From assembly GCA_944414825.1 (NCBI GenBank), contig CALYBN010000020.1, positions 9,277-73,276 on the forward strand: 64,000 bases of DNA, read 5' to 3'. This document shows, piece by piece, positions 1 through 9,189 of the stretch. Origin of the DNA: an uncultured Rikenellaceae bacterium (GTDB lineage Bacteria; Bacteroidota; Bacteroidia; Bacteroidales; Rikenellaceae). Position 1 is the first letter of the stretch. The number at the start of each line of letters is the position of its first letter. A program made the translations under genes and the position numbers. The notes below the pieces were generated by a model that ran no database searches, was not told the DNA's origin, and saw only the letters and a program-made list of their open reading frames with translations.

Positions 1-87
1 GTCGATAGTGATGCTGCCCACGTAGTTGAGGTTGGCCTCGGTGATGGTCGCCCGGTGAATCTTCGATTTGAGTACTTCTATCTGCAT
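1..87 (-). CDS. panD: Aspartate 1-decarboxylase, N-terminal fragment (continues past the window start)
   Basis: Reverse translation from the ATG at 85-87 reads [29 protein letters not shown]. This matches the conserved PanD N-terminus, including the Gly-Ser self-processing context. It starts 2 nt after the panC stop. Confidence 0.8.
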   Translation of the reverse strand, partial: MQIEVLKSKIHRATITEANLNYVGSITID

Positions 88-89
88 TT

Positions 90-932
90 TCATACGAAAC
101 GGATGTTGTCGATCAGACGGATCGCACCGGCCTGCACGGCGATGCAACCCTGCTTTTCGCAATTTTCGCTCCACTGTGTCACCTCTTGCAGCGTGACGGC
201 GTTTACGATCTTGAAATAGATTACCTTCAGCAGAGGGTTGGATTCAACGCGCTCGGTGACATATTGTTCTACCTTTTGGGGAGTCATTTCTGCCGCTTTC
301 TCCACACCGGCTTTCAGGGCTGCGTAGATTTCCGGTGCGGCGGCACGATGCGGAGCATCGAGCAGCGTATTGCGCGAACTGAGAGCCAGCCCGTCTGCGC
401 CACGGACGATGGGGCAGGGAACGATCTCTACCGGCAGCGCCAATTGTGCGACCATGGCCCGGATGACGGCGATCTGCTGGAAATCCTTCTCCCCGAAATA
501 GGCCCGGGCCGGCTTGACCAGGTCAAACAGGCGGCTCACCACCTGCGCCACTCCATTGAAATGCCCCGGCCGGGTGGCTCCCTCCATCACCTTGTCGATG
601 GTCCCGAAGTCGAAGACGCGCGTGTCCGGCTCGGGATAGATCTCCTCCACCGAGGGAACGAACACGATGTCGGCCCCCGCTTTCTCCAACAGGGCCAGGT
701 CGGCCTCTACGGTGCGGGGATAGTTCTTCAGATCGTTCTTGTCGTTGAACTGCGTCGGGTTGACGAAGATGCTCACGGCCACCGTGGCACATTCCTTGCG
801 GGCTTGGGCCACGAGCGACAGGTGCCCTTCGTGCAGGGCGCCCATCGTGGGAACGAAACCTAGCGTAGCGTGATCTACGGTGTCGAGATATTCCCTCAAC
901 TGGGAACGTGTACCCACTGTTTTCATTGCCAT
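90..932 (-). CDS. panC: Pantoate--beta-alanine ligase (pantothenate synthetase)
   Basis: 280-aa ORF carrying [14 protein letters not shown], the HxGH nucleotidyltransferase motif. Length is typical of PanC and it is adjacent to panD. Confidence 0.95.
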   Translation of the reverse strand: MAMKTVGTRSQLREYLDTVDHATLGFVPTMGALHEGHLSLVAQARKECATVAVSIFVNPTQFNDKNDLKNYPRTVEADLALLEKAGADIVFVPSVEEIYPEPDTRVFDFGTIDKVMEGATRPGHFNGVAQVVSRLFDLVKPARAYFGEKDFQQIAVIRAMVAQLALPVEIVPCPIVRGADGLALSSRNTLLDAPHRAAAPEIYAALKAGVEKAAEMTPQKVEQYVTERVESNPLLKVIYFKIVNAVTLQEVTQWSENCEKQGCIAVQAGAIRLIDNIRFV

Positions 933-966
933 TATTTTTTTATAATCATCGCTTGATTTGGCACGG

Positions 967-974
967 CAAAGTTA
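967..974 (-). promoter_or_regulatory. Candidate Bacteroidota -7 promoter box (TAACTTTG on the minus strand) for panCD
   Basis: Plus strand reads CAAAGTTA, the reverse complement of TAnnTTTG, about 35 nt upstream of the panC ATG. Motif plus position only. Confidence 0.45.
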
Positions 975-1016
975 GAAATTAGATTAGAATTATCTAATTT
1001 TTTTCCTGAAAAACTG

Positions 1017-1024
1017 TAACTTTG
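1017..1024 (+). promoter_or_regulatory. Candidate -7 promoter box (TAACTTTG) for the M49 peptidase gene
   Basis: TAnnTTTG match 25 nt upstream of the ATG at 1049. Confidence 0.45.
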
Positions 1025-1048
1025 CATCAAAACGCTAAACCAAAACCA

Positions 1049-3082
1049 ATGAAAAAAATTGTAATTCTGATCAGTATGTGTTCCCTGTTAGTTGGGTTGA
1101 ACGCCTGTCGTGAGCAGGTGCAGGCGCCCGAGGAGTTTCAGTGGGTGGTCGACCGGTTCGACGATGTCAAAGTGTTGCGTTACCAGGTTCCGGGCTTTGA
1201 CGAGCTTCCTTTGCAGGACAAATTGTTGGTCTATTATCTGAACCAGGCGGCGCTGTGCGGACGCGATATCATCTTCGACCAGAATTGCCGCTATAACCTG
1301 CCGATCCGGCGGACGCTGGAGGCCATCTATGAAAACTATCAGGGTGACCGCGAGAGTGCCGACTGGAAGGCTTTTGAGAAGTATCTCAAAAAGGTGTGGT
1401 TCGCCAACGGAATCCATCACCACTATTCGATGGATAAGTTCCATCCGGAGTTCAGCGAGGCCTATTTCGATTCGCTGGTGGCTGTGACGCCGGCTTCGGA
1501 GCTCCCGCAGGATTATGGAACCGCAGAGGAGTTGATGGCCGCTATCAAACCGGTGATCTTCGATCCGACGGTGATGCCGGTGCGGGTCAACCAGTCGGCC
1601 GGGGTCGACATGCTCTCCTCTTCGGCAATGAACTACTATGAGGGTGTGACGCAGCGCGAGGCCGAGACTTTCTACGACCGCATGATGAAGCCGGGCGATC
1701 CGCAGCCAATCTCCTATGGTTTGAACAGCAAACTGGTGAAGGAGAATGGCAAGGTGACCGAGAAGGTGTGGAAGATCGGCGGTATGTACTCCCCTGCCAT
1801 CGAGAAGATCGTCTACTGGCTGACCAAGGCTGCCGAAGTGGCCAATCCGACCCAGCGGCAGACTATCGAGTCGCTGATTACCTATTATAAGACGGGTGAC
1901 CTGAAGGAGTTCGATACCTATAATATACATTGGGTGCAGGATACCGTATCGCATGTCGATTTTGTCAACGGCTTTATCGAGACCTACGGCGATCCGCTGG
2001 GATACAAGGCCTCGTGGGAGGGCCTGGTCAATTTCCGTAACGACGAAGCTACCAAGCGGACCGAGATTATCAGTTCCGAAGCACAGTGGTTTGAGGACCA
2101 TTCGCCCATTGATCCCCGCTATCGCAAGAAAGAGGTGAAAGGCGTTTCGGCGAAGGTGATCACGGCTGCCATTCTGGCCGGGGATTGCTATCCCGCTACG
2201 CCGATCGGAATCAACCTGCCCAATGCCGACTGGATCCGCAAGGATTTTGGTTCGAAATCGGTGACCATTGAGAATATCACCAACGCCTATGACGAGGCTG
2301 CCAAGGGGAACGGTTTCCGAGAGGAGTTTGTGCTCCGGGCCGAGGACCGCGAACGGATGGATCAGTATGGTGCATTGGGTGATAACCTCCACACCGACCT
2401 GCACGAGTGCCTGGGCCACGGCTCGGGCCAGTTGGCTCCCGGTACGCGGGGTGATGAGTTGAAGAACTATGGTTCGACGCTCGAAGAGGCTCGTGCCGAC
2501 CTGTTTGCCCTCTATTACCTGGGTGATCAGAAACTGATTGAACTGGGGATCATTCCCTCGCTCGACGTGGCTTATGCCGAGTACGCTTCTTATATTATGA
2601 ACGGGCTGATGACGCAACTGGCGCGCATCCAACCGGGTAAGAATGTTGAGGAGGCCCACATGCGCAACCGCAAGCTGATCGCCGAGTGGTGCTATGAGCG
2701 CGGCAAGGCCGACAACGTGATCGAGATGGTGAAACAGAACGGTAAGACCTATGTCGTGGTGAACGACTTCGACAAATTGCGTACCTTGTTCGGGGAGTTG
2801 CTGCGCGAGATCCAGCGTATCAAATCCGAAGGTGATTTCGAGGCCGGACAGGCGTTGGTCGAGACCTATGCCGTGAAGGTCGACCCGACGCTTCACGCCG
2901 AGGTGCTGGATCGCTATGGTAAGTTGGGTATCGAACCCTATGCCGGCTTCATCAATCCGGTTTACCATCCGGTGATGGAGAACGGTCAGATCGTCGATAT
3001 CCAGATCGAGTATCCGACTGATTACGTGGGACAGATGATGGAGTATTCCAAGAAATATTCGTTCCTCCCTTCGAAGAACTAG
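1049..3082 (+). CDS. Peptidase family M49 (dipeptidyl-peptidase III-like) lipoprotein
   Basis: Contains the HECLGH (HExxGH) and EEARAD zinc motifs typical of M49. I moved the start to the ATG at 1049, which gives MKKIVILISMCSLLVGLNAC, a lipoprotein-type signal. Confidence 0.85.
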   Translation: MKKIVILISMCSLLVGLNACREQVQAPEEFQWVVDRFDDVKVLRYQVPGFDELPLQDKLLVYYLNQAALCGRDIIFDQNCRYNLPIRRTLEAIYENYQGDRESADWKAFEKYLKKVWFANGIHHHYSMDKFHPEFSEAYFDSLVAVTPASELPQDYGTAEELMAAIKPVIFDPTVMPVRVNQSAGVDMLSSSAMNYYEGVTQREAETFYDRMMKPGDPQPISYGLNSKLVKENGKVTEKVWKIGGMYSPAIEKIVYWLTKAAEVANPTQRQTIESLITYYKTGDLKEFDTYNIHWVQDTVSHVDFVNGFIETYGDPLGYKASWEGLVNFRNDEATKRTEIISSEAQWFEDHSPIDPRYRKKEVKGVSAKVITAAILAGDCYPATPIGINLPNADWIRKDFGSKSVTIENITNAYDEAAKGNGFREEFVLRAEDRERMDQYGALGDNLHTDLHECLGHGSGQLAPGTRGDELKNYGSTLEEARADLFALYYLGDQKLIELGIIPSLDVAYAEYASYIMNGLMTQLARIQPGKNVEEAHMRNRKLIAEWCYERGKADNVIEMVKQNGKTYVVVNDFDKLRTLFGELLREIQRIKSEGDFEAGQALVETYAVKVDPTLHAEVLDRYGKLGIEPYAGFINPVYHPVMENGQIVDIQIEYPTDYVGQMMEYSKKYSFLPSKN

Positions 3083-3124
3083 GAACGGGAACCCTGTGAC
3101 GGTCCGTCGGTGCCGTCGATTAAA

Positions 3125-3175
3125 AACCGGGCCGCTCGCGGGATTTTCCTGTGGTAGCGGCCCGGTTGCATTTTC
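3125..3175 (+). terminator. Intrinsic-terminator-like hairpin after the M49 peptidase gene
   Basis: AACCGGGCCGCT (3125-3136) pairs with AGCGGCCCGGTT (3156-3167), followed by a T-rich stretch. Confidence 0.55.
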
Positions 3176-3303
3176 GGGGGGCGTCATGGGCAGGTTTCGA
3201 TACGTAAGAAGAGTCCAGCTGAGACGTCTCGATTGTGGGTCTGATTGCATTCGTGCCTTTTCTCCTTATGACTCTATCTTCTGCCTCTCCCTGTCAGGGG
3301 CAT

Positions 3304-3337
3304 AAAAAAAGAGCGCTTCTGAAAGCGCTCTTTTTTT
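3304..3337. terminator. Bidirectional terminator hairpin between convergent genes
   Basis: An A7 run, then GAGCGCTT, a CTGA loop and AAGCGCTC, then a T7 run. It lies 18 nt from the mutB stop. Confidence 0.7.
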
Positions 3338-3354
3338 ATGCTTTACCGGCTTGT

Positions 3355-5490
3355 CTAAGCCAGCAGCAGTTCGAGAATCTTGATGGCGGCCGTTGCGATC
3401 GGCGTACCGGGGCCGAAGATGGCGGCGGCACCGTCGCGATACAGCTCGTCGTAATCCTGGTGAGGGATCACACCACCCACGATCACCATGATATCTTCGC
3501 GGCCCAGTTTCTTGAGCTCGGCGATGATCTGCGGCACCAGGGTGAGATGCCCGGCAGCCAGCGACGAAACACCCACGACATTCACGTCGTTCTCTACAGC
3601 CTGCTTGGCTGCTTCGGCCGGGGTCTGGAACAACGGACCCATGTCGACGTCGAACCCGATGTCGGCATAACCCGTAGCCACCACTTTGGCACCACGGTCG
3701 TGGCCGTCCTGGCCGAGTTTGGCGATCATGATACGGGGCTGACGTCCCTCCTTCTTGACAAACTGCTCTACGAGCTCTTTTGCCTTTTCGAAATCCTTAT
3801 CTGCTTTCACTTCTGATGAATATACTCCAGAGATTGAACGAATCACGGCTTTGTAACGTCCTACCACCGCTTCGCAGGCGTCCGAAATCTCACCCAGCGA
3901 AGCACGTACCTTGGCAGCTTCGACGGCCAGTTCGAGCAGGTTGCCCTTCTTGGTCTTTACGCATTCGGTGATGGCGGCCAGAGTTTTCTGTACGGCAGCT
4001 TCGTCACGGTTGGCACGCAACTCTTTCAGACGTTTGATCTGTGCCTCGCGTACGGCGGTGTTGTCCACGGCCAGGATATCGATCGGAGCCTCTTTCTCCA
4101 AGCGGTATTTGTTCAGACCGACGATCACCTCCTGCTTGGAGTCGATGTGAGCCTGTTTGCGGGCTGCAGCCTCCTCGATACGCATCTTCGGAATACCGGT
4201 CTCGATGGCCTTGGCCATACCGCCCAGTTTCTCGATCTCCTGGATGTGCTCCCAGGCTTTGTGTGCGATCTCGTTGGTGAGGCTCTCCACATAGTAGGAA
4301 CCTGCCCACGGATCCACCTCGCGGCAGATGTTGGTCTCTTCCTGAATATAGAGCTGTGTGTTACGTGCAATACGAGCCGAGAAGTCGGTCGGCAGGGCGA
4401 TGGCCTCGTCCAGTGCATTGGTGTGCAGCGACTGGGTGTGACCCAGCGCAGCAGCCATGGCCTCGATGGCGGTACGTCCCACGTTGTTGAACGGGTCCTG
4501 CTCGGTGAGCGACCAACCCGACGTCTGCGAGTGGGTACGCAGAGCCAGCGATTTGGGATTCTGCGGGTTGAACTGCTTTACGATCTTGGCCCACAGCATA
4601 CGGGCGGCACGCATCTTGGCAATCTCCATGAAGTGGTTCATGCCGATAGCCCAGAAGAACGACAGACGCGGTGCGAAGGCATCGACGCTCATGCCGGCGT
4701 TCACACCGGTACGCAGATACTCCAGACCGTCGGCCAGCGTGTAAGCCAGCTCGATGTCGGCCGTTGCACCAGCCTCCTGCATGTGGTAGCCCGAGATGGA
4801 GATCGAGTTGAACTTCGGCATGTTCTTCGACGTGTATTCAAAGATGTCGGCGATGATCTTCATTGAGAACTCGGGCGGATAAATATAGGTGTTGCGCACC
4901 ATGAACTCCTTGAGGATGTCGTTCTGGATCGTTCCGGCCATCTGGTCGAGCGTGCAGCCCTGCTCCAGACCGGCTACGATGTAGAATGCCAGGATCGGCA
5001 GCACGGCACCGTTCATGGTCATCGACACCGACATTTTGTCCAACGGAATACCGTCGAACAGCACTTTCATGTCCTCCACCGAGCAGATCGATACGCCGGC
5101 TTTACCTACGTCACCCACTACACGCGGATGATCGGCATCATAACCGCGGTGTGTAGCCAGGTCGAACGCTACCGAAAGACCCTTCTGGCCCGAAGCCAGG
5201 TTACGGCGATAGAATGCGTTACTCTCCTCAGCGGTCGAGAATCCGGCGTACTGACGCACCGTCCACGGGCGCATCACGTACATCGTCGAGTAAGGACCCC
5301 GCAGATAGGGGGCGATACCTGCCGCATAGTTCAGGTGTTCCATGCCTTCGAGATCGGCAGCGGAGTACGAACCTTTGACCGGTATCTGTTCGGCTGTCAT
5401 CCACACTTTTTCTTCCGTGGAGCAACCTTTGTCGGCGCAGCAGCCTTGTGCTTCGCCTTTGAACGATATGTCTGAAAATTTTGCTCTCAT
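3355..5490 (-). CDS. mutB: Methylmalonyl-CoA mutase, large catalytic/B12-binding subunit
   Basis: 711-aa ORF with a mutase TIM-barrel-like sequence. The C-terminal cobalamin-binding domain carries [11 protein letters not shown] (DxHxxG). Confidence 0.95.
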   Translation of the reverse strand: MRAKFSDISFKGEAQGCCADKGCSTEEKVWMTAEQIPVKGSYSAADLEGMEHLNYAAGIAPYLRGPYSTMYVMRPWTVRQYAGFSTAEESNAFYRRNLASGQKGLSVAFDLATHRGYDADHPRVVGDVGKAGVSICSVEDMKVLFDGIPLDKMSVSMTMNGAVLPILAFYIVAGLEQGCTLDQMAGTIQNDILKEFMVRNTYIYPPEFSMKIIADIFEYTSKNMPKFNSISISGYHMQEAGATADIELAYTLADGLEYLRTGVNAGMSVDAFAPRLSFFWAIGMNHFMEIAKMRAARMLWAKIVKQFNPQNPKSLALRTHSQTSGWSLTEQDPFNNVGRTAIEAMAAALGHTQSLHTNALDEAIALPTDFSARIARNTQLYIQEETNICREVDPWAGSYYVESLTNEIAHKAWEHIQEIEKLGGMAKAIETGIPKMRIEEAAARKQAHIDSKQEVIVGLNKYRLEKEAPIDILAVDNTAVREAQIKRLKELRANRDEAAVQKTLAAITECVKTKKGNLLELAVEAAKVRASLGEISDACEAVVGRYKAVIRSISGVYSSEVKADKDFEKAKELVEQFVKKEGRQPRIMIAKLGQDGHDRGAKVVATGYADIGFDVDMGPLFQTPAEAAKQAVENDVNVVGVSSLAAGHLTLVPQIIAELKKLGREDIMVIVGGVIPHQDYDELYRDGAAAIFGPGTPIATAAIKILELLLA

Positions 5491-5505
5491 AATACTTCTC
5501 TGTGT

Positions 5506-7395
5506 TTAGATACCGAGTTCCTTAATATAAGCCTGGAGGGTCTCCAGCACGTTGCTCCGAACGTGGATGAAGTTCTTGATCCCCTGAGCCTCCAACTCCG
5601 GCATGCAGGCCGGAGCTCCGGCTACTACAAGGATTGCCTTGTCGCCCAGCAATTCTTTCACCTGAGGAGCCACCGTAGCGTAATCATCGTCGGCAGCGCA
5701 AACCACTACGATTTCGGCTTTCGATTCCAGAGCGGCTTTAACTCCCTCCTCTACCGATTTGAAGAAGGTGTTGTCGATCGGTTTGATTCCGGCGCAACCG
5801 AAGAAGTTGCTCGAGAACTGAGCACGAGCCCGTGCCATGGCCAGCGATCCGCACGTGAGCATGAAGGCCTTGGGCTGTTTGCCGCTGCGGTCTACGCTCA
5901 GACGCATCGCCTCGAAGGCCATGCCGCCGCGGTAGGGTTTCAGCGGGCGTACGGCACTCTCGGCACCGGCCTTGCAGCCGCAACCGCAGGCTTTGGCCTC
6001 GCGCGATACCACCTCTTCGGTGATGACCGGATCGGCCGTCTCGGTGAAGTTGGGGTATTGGTTCGTACCCAGCAGAATCTCACGACGCGTAGCGATGTTG
6101 AGGTCCTTCTTGTTGGCGGAAGCCTCTACGGCATCCTGGATGAATCCGGCTTTGAAGGCAGCGATATAACCACCCTTGTCCTCGACCTCTTTGAAAAGAG
6201 CCCAAGCCTGCTCGGCAATGCTCTGCGTGAGGTTTTCAATATAATAGGAACCGCCGGCGGGATCGACTACATTGTCGAAGTGCGACTCGTTCTTGAGCAG
6301 CAGCTGGACGTTGCGGGCGATGCGCGACGAGAATTCGGTCGGTTTCTCATATGCCGTGTTGAACGGCAGTACTTCCAGCGAGTGGATGGCCGAGATGGCG
6401 GCGCTCATGGCTTCGGTCGTGCCGCGGAGCATGTTGACATAGGGGTCGTAAGCCGTAATGTTCCACTTCGAGGTCACGGCGTGCGTAAACATCTTGGCCG
6501 AGCAGGGGCACTGCGGGTTGTAGGCCTTCACGATGTTGGCCCACAGCATGCGGGCGGCGCGGAACTTGGCGATCTCCATGAAGTAGTTCGAGCTGACGGC
6601 CATGCTGAAACGCATGCGCGGTGCGATCTGGTCGATTCCCAGGCCGGCTTCCGTCAGTTTGACGATGTATTCGTGCCCGGCAGCCAGCGTGAAAGCCAAC
6701 TCCTGCACGATGGTCGAACCACTGTTGTGGAAGTTCTGACCGTTGATGCCGATCATGCGCATCTTTTTGTACTTGTCGGCCTTTTCGATTAGCTCTTTGA
6801 TCTTGTTGAACGCCTTGCTGCCGTCTTCGCTGCAGCCGAACGTTCCCTTGAGGGTCAGCTTCCCGGCGATCGGGTCGAGCATGAAGTTGATCCGGGTCTC
6901 CTCCGGGTCGAGTCCTTCACGGTCGGCCTTGGCGATCATCAATTCGGCGACAGCAGCCGTAGCGCAGCCGCTGAAGGTGATCTCGACGCTCTTCAGATCG
7001 ATCCCTGCCAGCAGGGTATCAAGGTCGGCGGCTGAGAACTCCTTGTTCTTGATGACGAATCCCAGTCCCTCGGCTCCGCCTTTGAGGGCAGCCAGAGCCG
7101 TGGCGTTGGCCTCCTTGGGACACTCCACCTCGAGTGTCTGGTAGATGCGCCATTTGTTGCACTTCTTCACGCCCCGTACGTAGGGGAACTCTCCGATGCC
7201 GGCCTCCAGGTGTTTGATTTCCTTGAGGTCCTCAGCACGGTAGTAGGGGCGCACGTTGAATCCTTCGGCGGTGCGCCATACCAGTTTTTTCTGGTAGTCG
7301 GCACCTTTGAGGTCTTTGGTAATCACCTCTTCCCACTGTTCGGTCGTGACCGGCGGGAATTCGGTGAATAACTTTTGCTCCTTGTTATTTGCCAT
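5506..7395 (-). CDS. mutA: Methylmalonyl-CoA mutase, small subunit
   Basis: Paralogous to mutB but lacks the DxHxxG motif. It sits 15 nt upstream of mutB. I moved the start to the ATG at 7393-7395 (MANNKEQKLF). Confidence 0.9.
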   Translation of the reverse strand: MANNKEQKLFTEFPPVTTEQWEEVITKDLKGADYQKKLVWRTAEGFNVRPYYRAEDLKEIKHLEAGIGEFPYVRGVKKCNKWRIYQTLEVECPKEANATALAALKGGAEGLGFVIKNKEFSAADLDTLLAGIDLKSVEITFSGCATAAVAELMIAKADREGLDPEETRINFMLDPIAGKLTLKGTFGCSEDGSKAFNKIKELIEKADKYKKMRMIGINGQNFHNSGSTIVQELAFTLAAGHEYIVKLTEAGLGIDQIAPRMRFSMAVSSNYFMEIAKFRAARMLWANIVKAYNPQCPCSAKMFTHAVTSKWNITAYDPYVNMLRGTTEAMSAAISAIHSLEVLPFNTAYEKPTEFSSRIARNVQLLLKNESHFDNVVDPAGGSYYIENLTQSIAEQAWALFKEVEDKGGYIAAFKAGFIQDAVEASANKKDLNIATRREILLGTNQYPNFTETADPVITEEVVSREAKACGCGCKAGAESAVRPLKPYRGGMAFEAMRLSVDRSGKQPKAFMLTCGSLAMARARAQFSSNFFGCAGIKPIDNTFFKSVEEGVKAALESKAEIVVVCAADDDYATVAPQVKELLGDKAILVVAGAPACMPELEAQGIKNFIHVRSNVLETLQAYIKELGI

Positions 7396-7439
7396 AACTT
7401 TATGATTGAATGAATTGGTTCCACAGCGGAATAAGTCCA

Positions 7440-7447
7440 CAAAGGTA
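7440..7447 (-). promoter_or_regulatory. Candidate -7 promoter box (TACCTTTG on the minus strand) for mutAB
   Basis: Plus strand reads CAAAGGTA, about 45 nt upstream of the mutA ATG. Confidence 0.45.
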
Positions 7448-7496
7448 CAAATTTTTGTCTAAATATCTTCATTTGGCTTAACTTTTTGAAGCGCAG

Positions 7497-7573
7497 GGGG
7501 CCTTCCCCGGAAGAATCTGAAATAAAACCCTATCTTTGTGTGTGCGGACAGGACAAGATTGGGGCCTTCCCCG
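7497..7573 (+). repeat. Two perfect copies of GGGGCCTTCCCCG (7497-7509 and 7561-7573), 64 nt apart
   Basis: Read directly from the sequence. The copies bracket the candidate -7 box at 7531-7538 in the divergent mutA / ComEA-like intergenic region. Confidence 0.9.
7531..7538 (+). promoter_or_regulatory. Candidate -7 promoter box (TATCTTTG) for the ComEA-like gene
   Basis: TAnnTTTG match within CCCTATCTTTG, 69 nt upstream of the ATG at 7607. Confidence 0.5.
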
Positions 7574-7606
7574 ATGGAAAAACCGTGTGGATAACAGGAT
7601 TCATAT

Positions 7607-8785
7607 ATGATGCTACGACAGAAGGGTAGAGGTTTGTTGGGATCGTTGTTCGGCTTCTCGCAGGGCGAACGGCGCGGCGTGTTGTGGTTGCTTCCGTTGT
7701 TGGCGATCGTGGGAATTCTGCTGGCGACCCTGCGGCGGCCGTCTGACTTGGAGCCGCCTGCCGTGGCGGAGGAGCAGGCCGATAGCGTGGTCGGGAAACT
7801 TGAGGCTTCGGCCCCTACAGTAGAGGAGGATACGACTGCGGGTAAACTCTTCCCGTTTGATCCGAATACGGTTACCTTTCAGGAACTTTGCCGCCTGGGG
7901 TTCGATAAACGTACCGCGGCGGGGATTATCAAGTATCGGGTCCGGGGCAAGCGGTTCGAGATCCCGGAGGATTTTGCCACTTGCTATGGCGTAAGCGTGG
8001 AGGCGTTCACCCGTTTGCAGCCCTATATCGTGATCGGAGAGCGCTATCGGGCTCGTCCGGCACAGTATGATTCCTCTGCGGAGGATGGGTCGGTTGTTGG
8101 CGGAGGCTCTGCACGGAGTGTTCGGGAGGCGGAGTTGGATTCGCTCTTTCGCTTCGATCCGGATACGATGAGCGCAGCTGGTTTCGTATCGCTCGGCTTC
8201 TCGCCGGCTCAGGCCGCCGTGATCGTAAATTATCGCGAGAGTTTGGGTGGATTCCGTTCGGCAGAGGATTTCGAGGCTTGTTATGTGGTTTCGGAGCGGA
8301 AATTCCGCGAGTTGTTGCCGCACATGGTGATCCGCGAACGGGCGGATTCGCTTGACCGGGAACTCCCGCAGTTGCTGGAGCTGAACGGGGCCGATTCGGC
8401 TGCGCTGGTGGCCGTGCATGGCATCGGCGAGGTGCTGGCGGGCCGGATTCTGGAGTACCGCAGGCGTCTGGGCGGGTTTGCCCGGGTCGAACAATTGTGT
8501 GAAATCCGGGGCATGACGGAACGCAATTATGAGTGGATCGTGCAACAAATTTGGGTGGATAGTTGCGTAATTCGAAAAATTGATATTAACTTTGCAACCC
8601 CGAAAGAGTTGGTGCAGAGGTTGGGAGAACATCCCTATGCATCGGGGCCGATTCTTCGGAAGATTTTGAAACAACGGCAATTGAAAGGAGGTTGGAGTAC
8701 TGTCGGAGAGATGGTGAAAGAACATATTCTGTCTGAGGAGGAAGCTGCAAGGCTCTCCCCATATCTCCTGTTCAGAGACAAATGA
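7607..8785 (+). CDS. ComEA-like membrane-anchored protein with four tandem helix-hairpin-helix modules
   Basis: An N-terminal hydrophobic segment (VLWLLPLLAIVGILLA) is followed by four roughly 65-aa modules. An example is LNGADSAALVAVHGIGEVLAGRILEYRRRLGGF, which is typical of ComEA HhH DNA-binding units. Confidence 0.75.
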   Translation: MMLRQKGRGLLGSLFGFSQGERRGVLWLLPLLAIVGILLATLRRPSDLEPPAVAEEQADSVVGKLEASAPTVEEDTTAGKLFPFDPNTVTFQELCRLGFDKRTAAGIIKYRVRGKRFEIPEDFATCYGVSVEAFTRLQPYIVIGERYRARPAQYDSSAEDGSVVGGGSARSVREAELDSLFRFDPDTMSAAGFVSLGFSPAQAAVIVNYRESLGGFRSAEDFEACYVVSERKFRELLPHMVIRERADSLDRELPQLLELNGADSAALVAVHGIGEVLAGRILEYRRRLGGFARVEQLCEIRGMTERNYEWIVQQIWVDSCVIRKIDINFATPKELVQRLGEHPYASGPILRKILKQRQLKGGWSTVGEMVKEHILSEEEAARLSPYLLFRDK

Positions 8786-8863
8786 CTCCCGTTCCGCCGG
8801 GGGAAACGGTGGAAAAGCATACTGAAGATTTTTAATTGTCGAACTAAATAAAATTTTACGAAA

Positions 8864-9055
8864 ATGATTATCATGCCGATCAAAGAGGGCGAAAACATCG
8901 AGCGCGCTCTCAAGAAATTCAAAAGAAAATACGAAAGAACCGGTGTCCTGAAGGAACTCCGCGCACGTCAGTACTTCACCAAGCCTTCGGTGAAGAACCG
9001 TGTTGCCAAACTTCACGCCATTTACGTGGAGAAACTCCAGCGCGAGGAGGAGTAG
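8864..9055 (+). CDS. rpsU: 30S ribosomal protein S21
   Basis: 63 aa, beginning MIIMPIKEGENIERALKKFKRKYERTGVLKELRARQYFTKPS. This is a classic bS21 sequence. Confidence 0.95.
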   Translation: MIIMPIKEGENIERALKKFKRKYERTGVLKELRARQYFTKPSVKNRVAKLHAIYVEKLQREEE

Positions 9056-9124
9056 TCATCAGGGCGGGGCGGACGGGCCAGTAGACTGGCCGGGTTGCCC
9101 CACTGTCGGAGATAAAAATAGTTG

Positions 9125-9156
9125 GAACCGCTTAAAATGTTTTAAGCGGTTCTTTC
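9125..9156 (+). terminator. Intrinsic terminator after rpsU
   Basis: GAACCGCTTAAAA pairs with TTTTAAGCGGTTC, followed by CTTTC. Confidence 0.7.
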
Positions 9157-9158
9157 GT

Positions 9159-9166
9159 TATATTTG
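9159..9166 (+). promoter_or_regulatory. Candidate -7 promoter box (TATATTTG) for the recombinase gene
   Basis: TAnnTTTG match 24 nt upstream of the ATG at 9190. Confidence 0.45.
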
Positions 9167-9189
9167 TACTAGACCAAAAGTAGAGACCC

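Noticed and set aside
7396-7606. A possible cobalamin riboswitch upstream of the B12-dependent mutase operon.
   Set aside because: The predicted mutA leader is only about 40 nt. I could not recognise a B12-box-like core or the required multi-stem structure.
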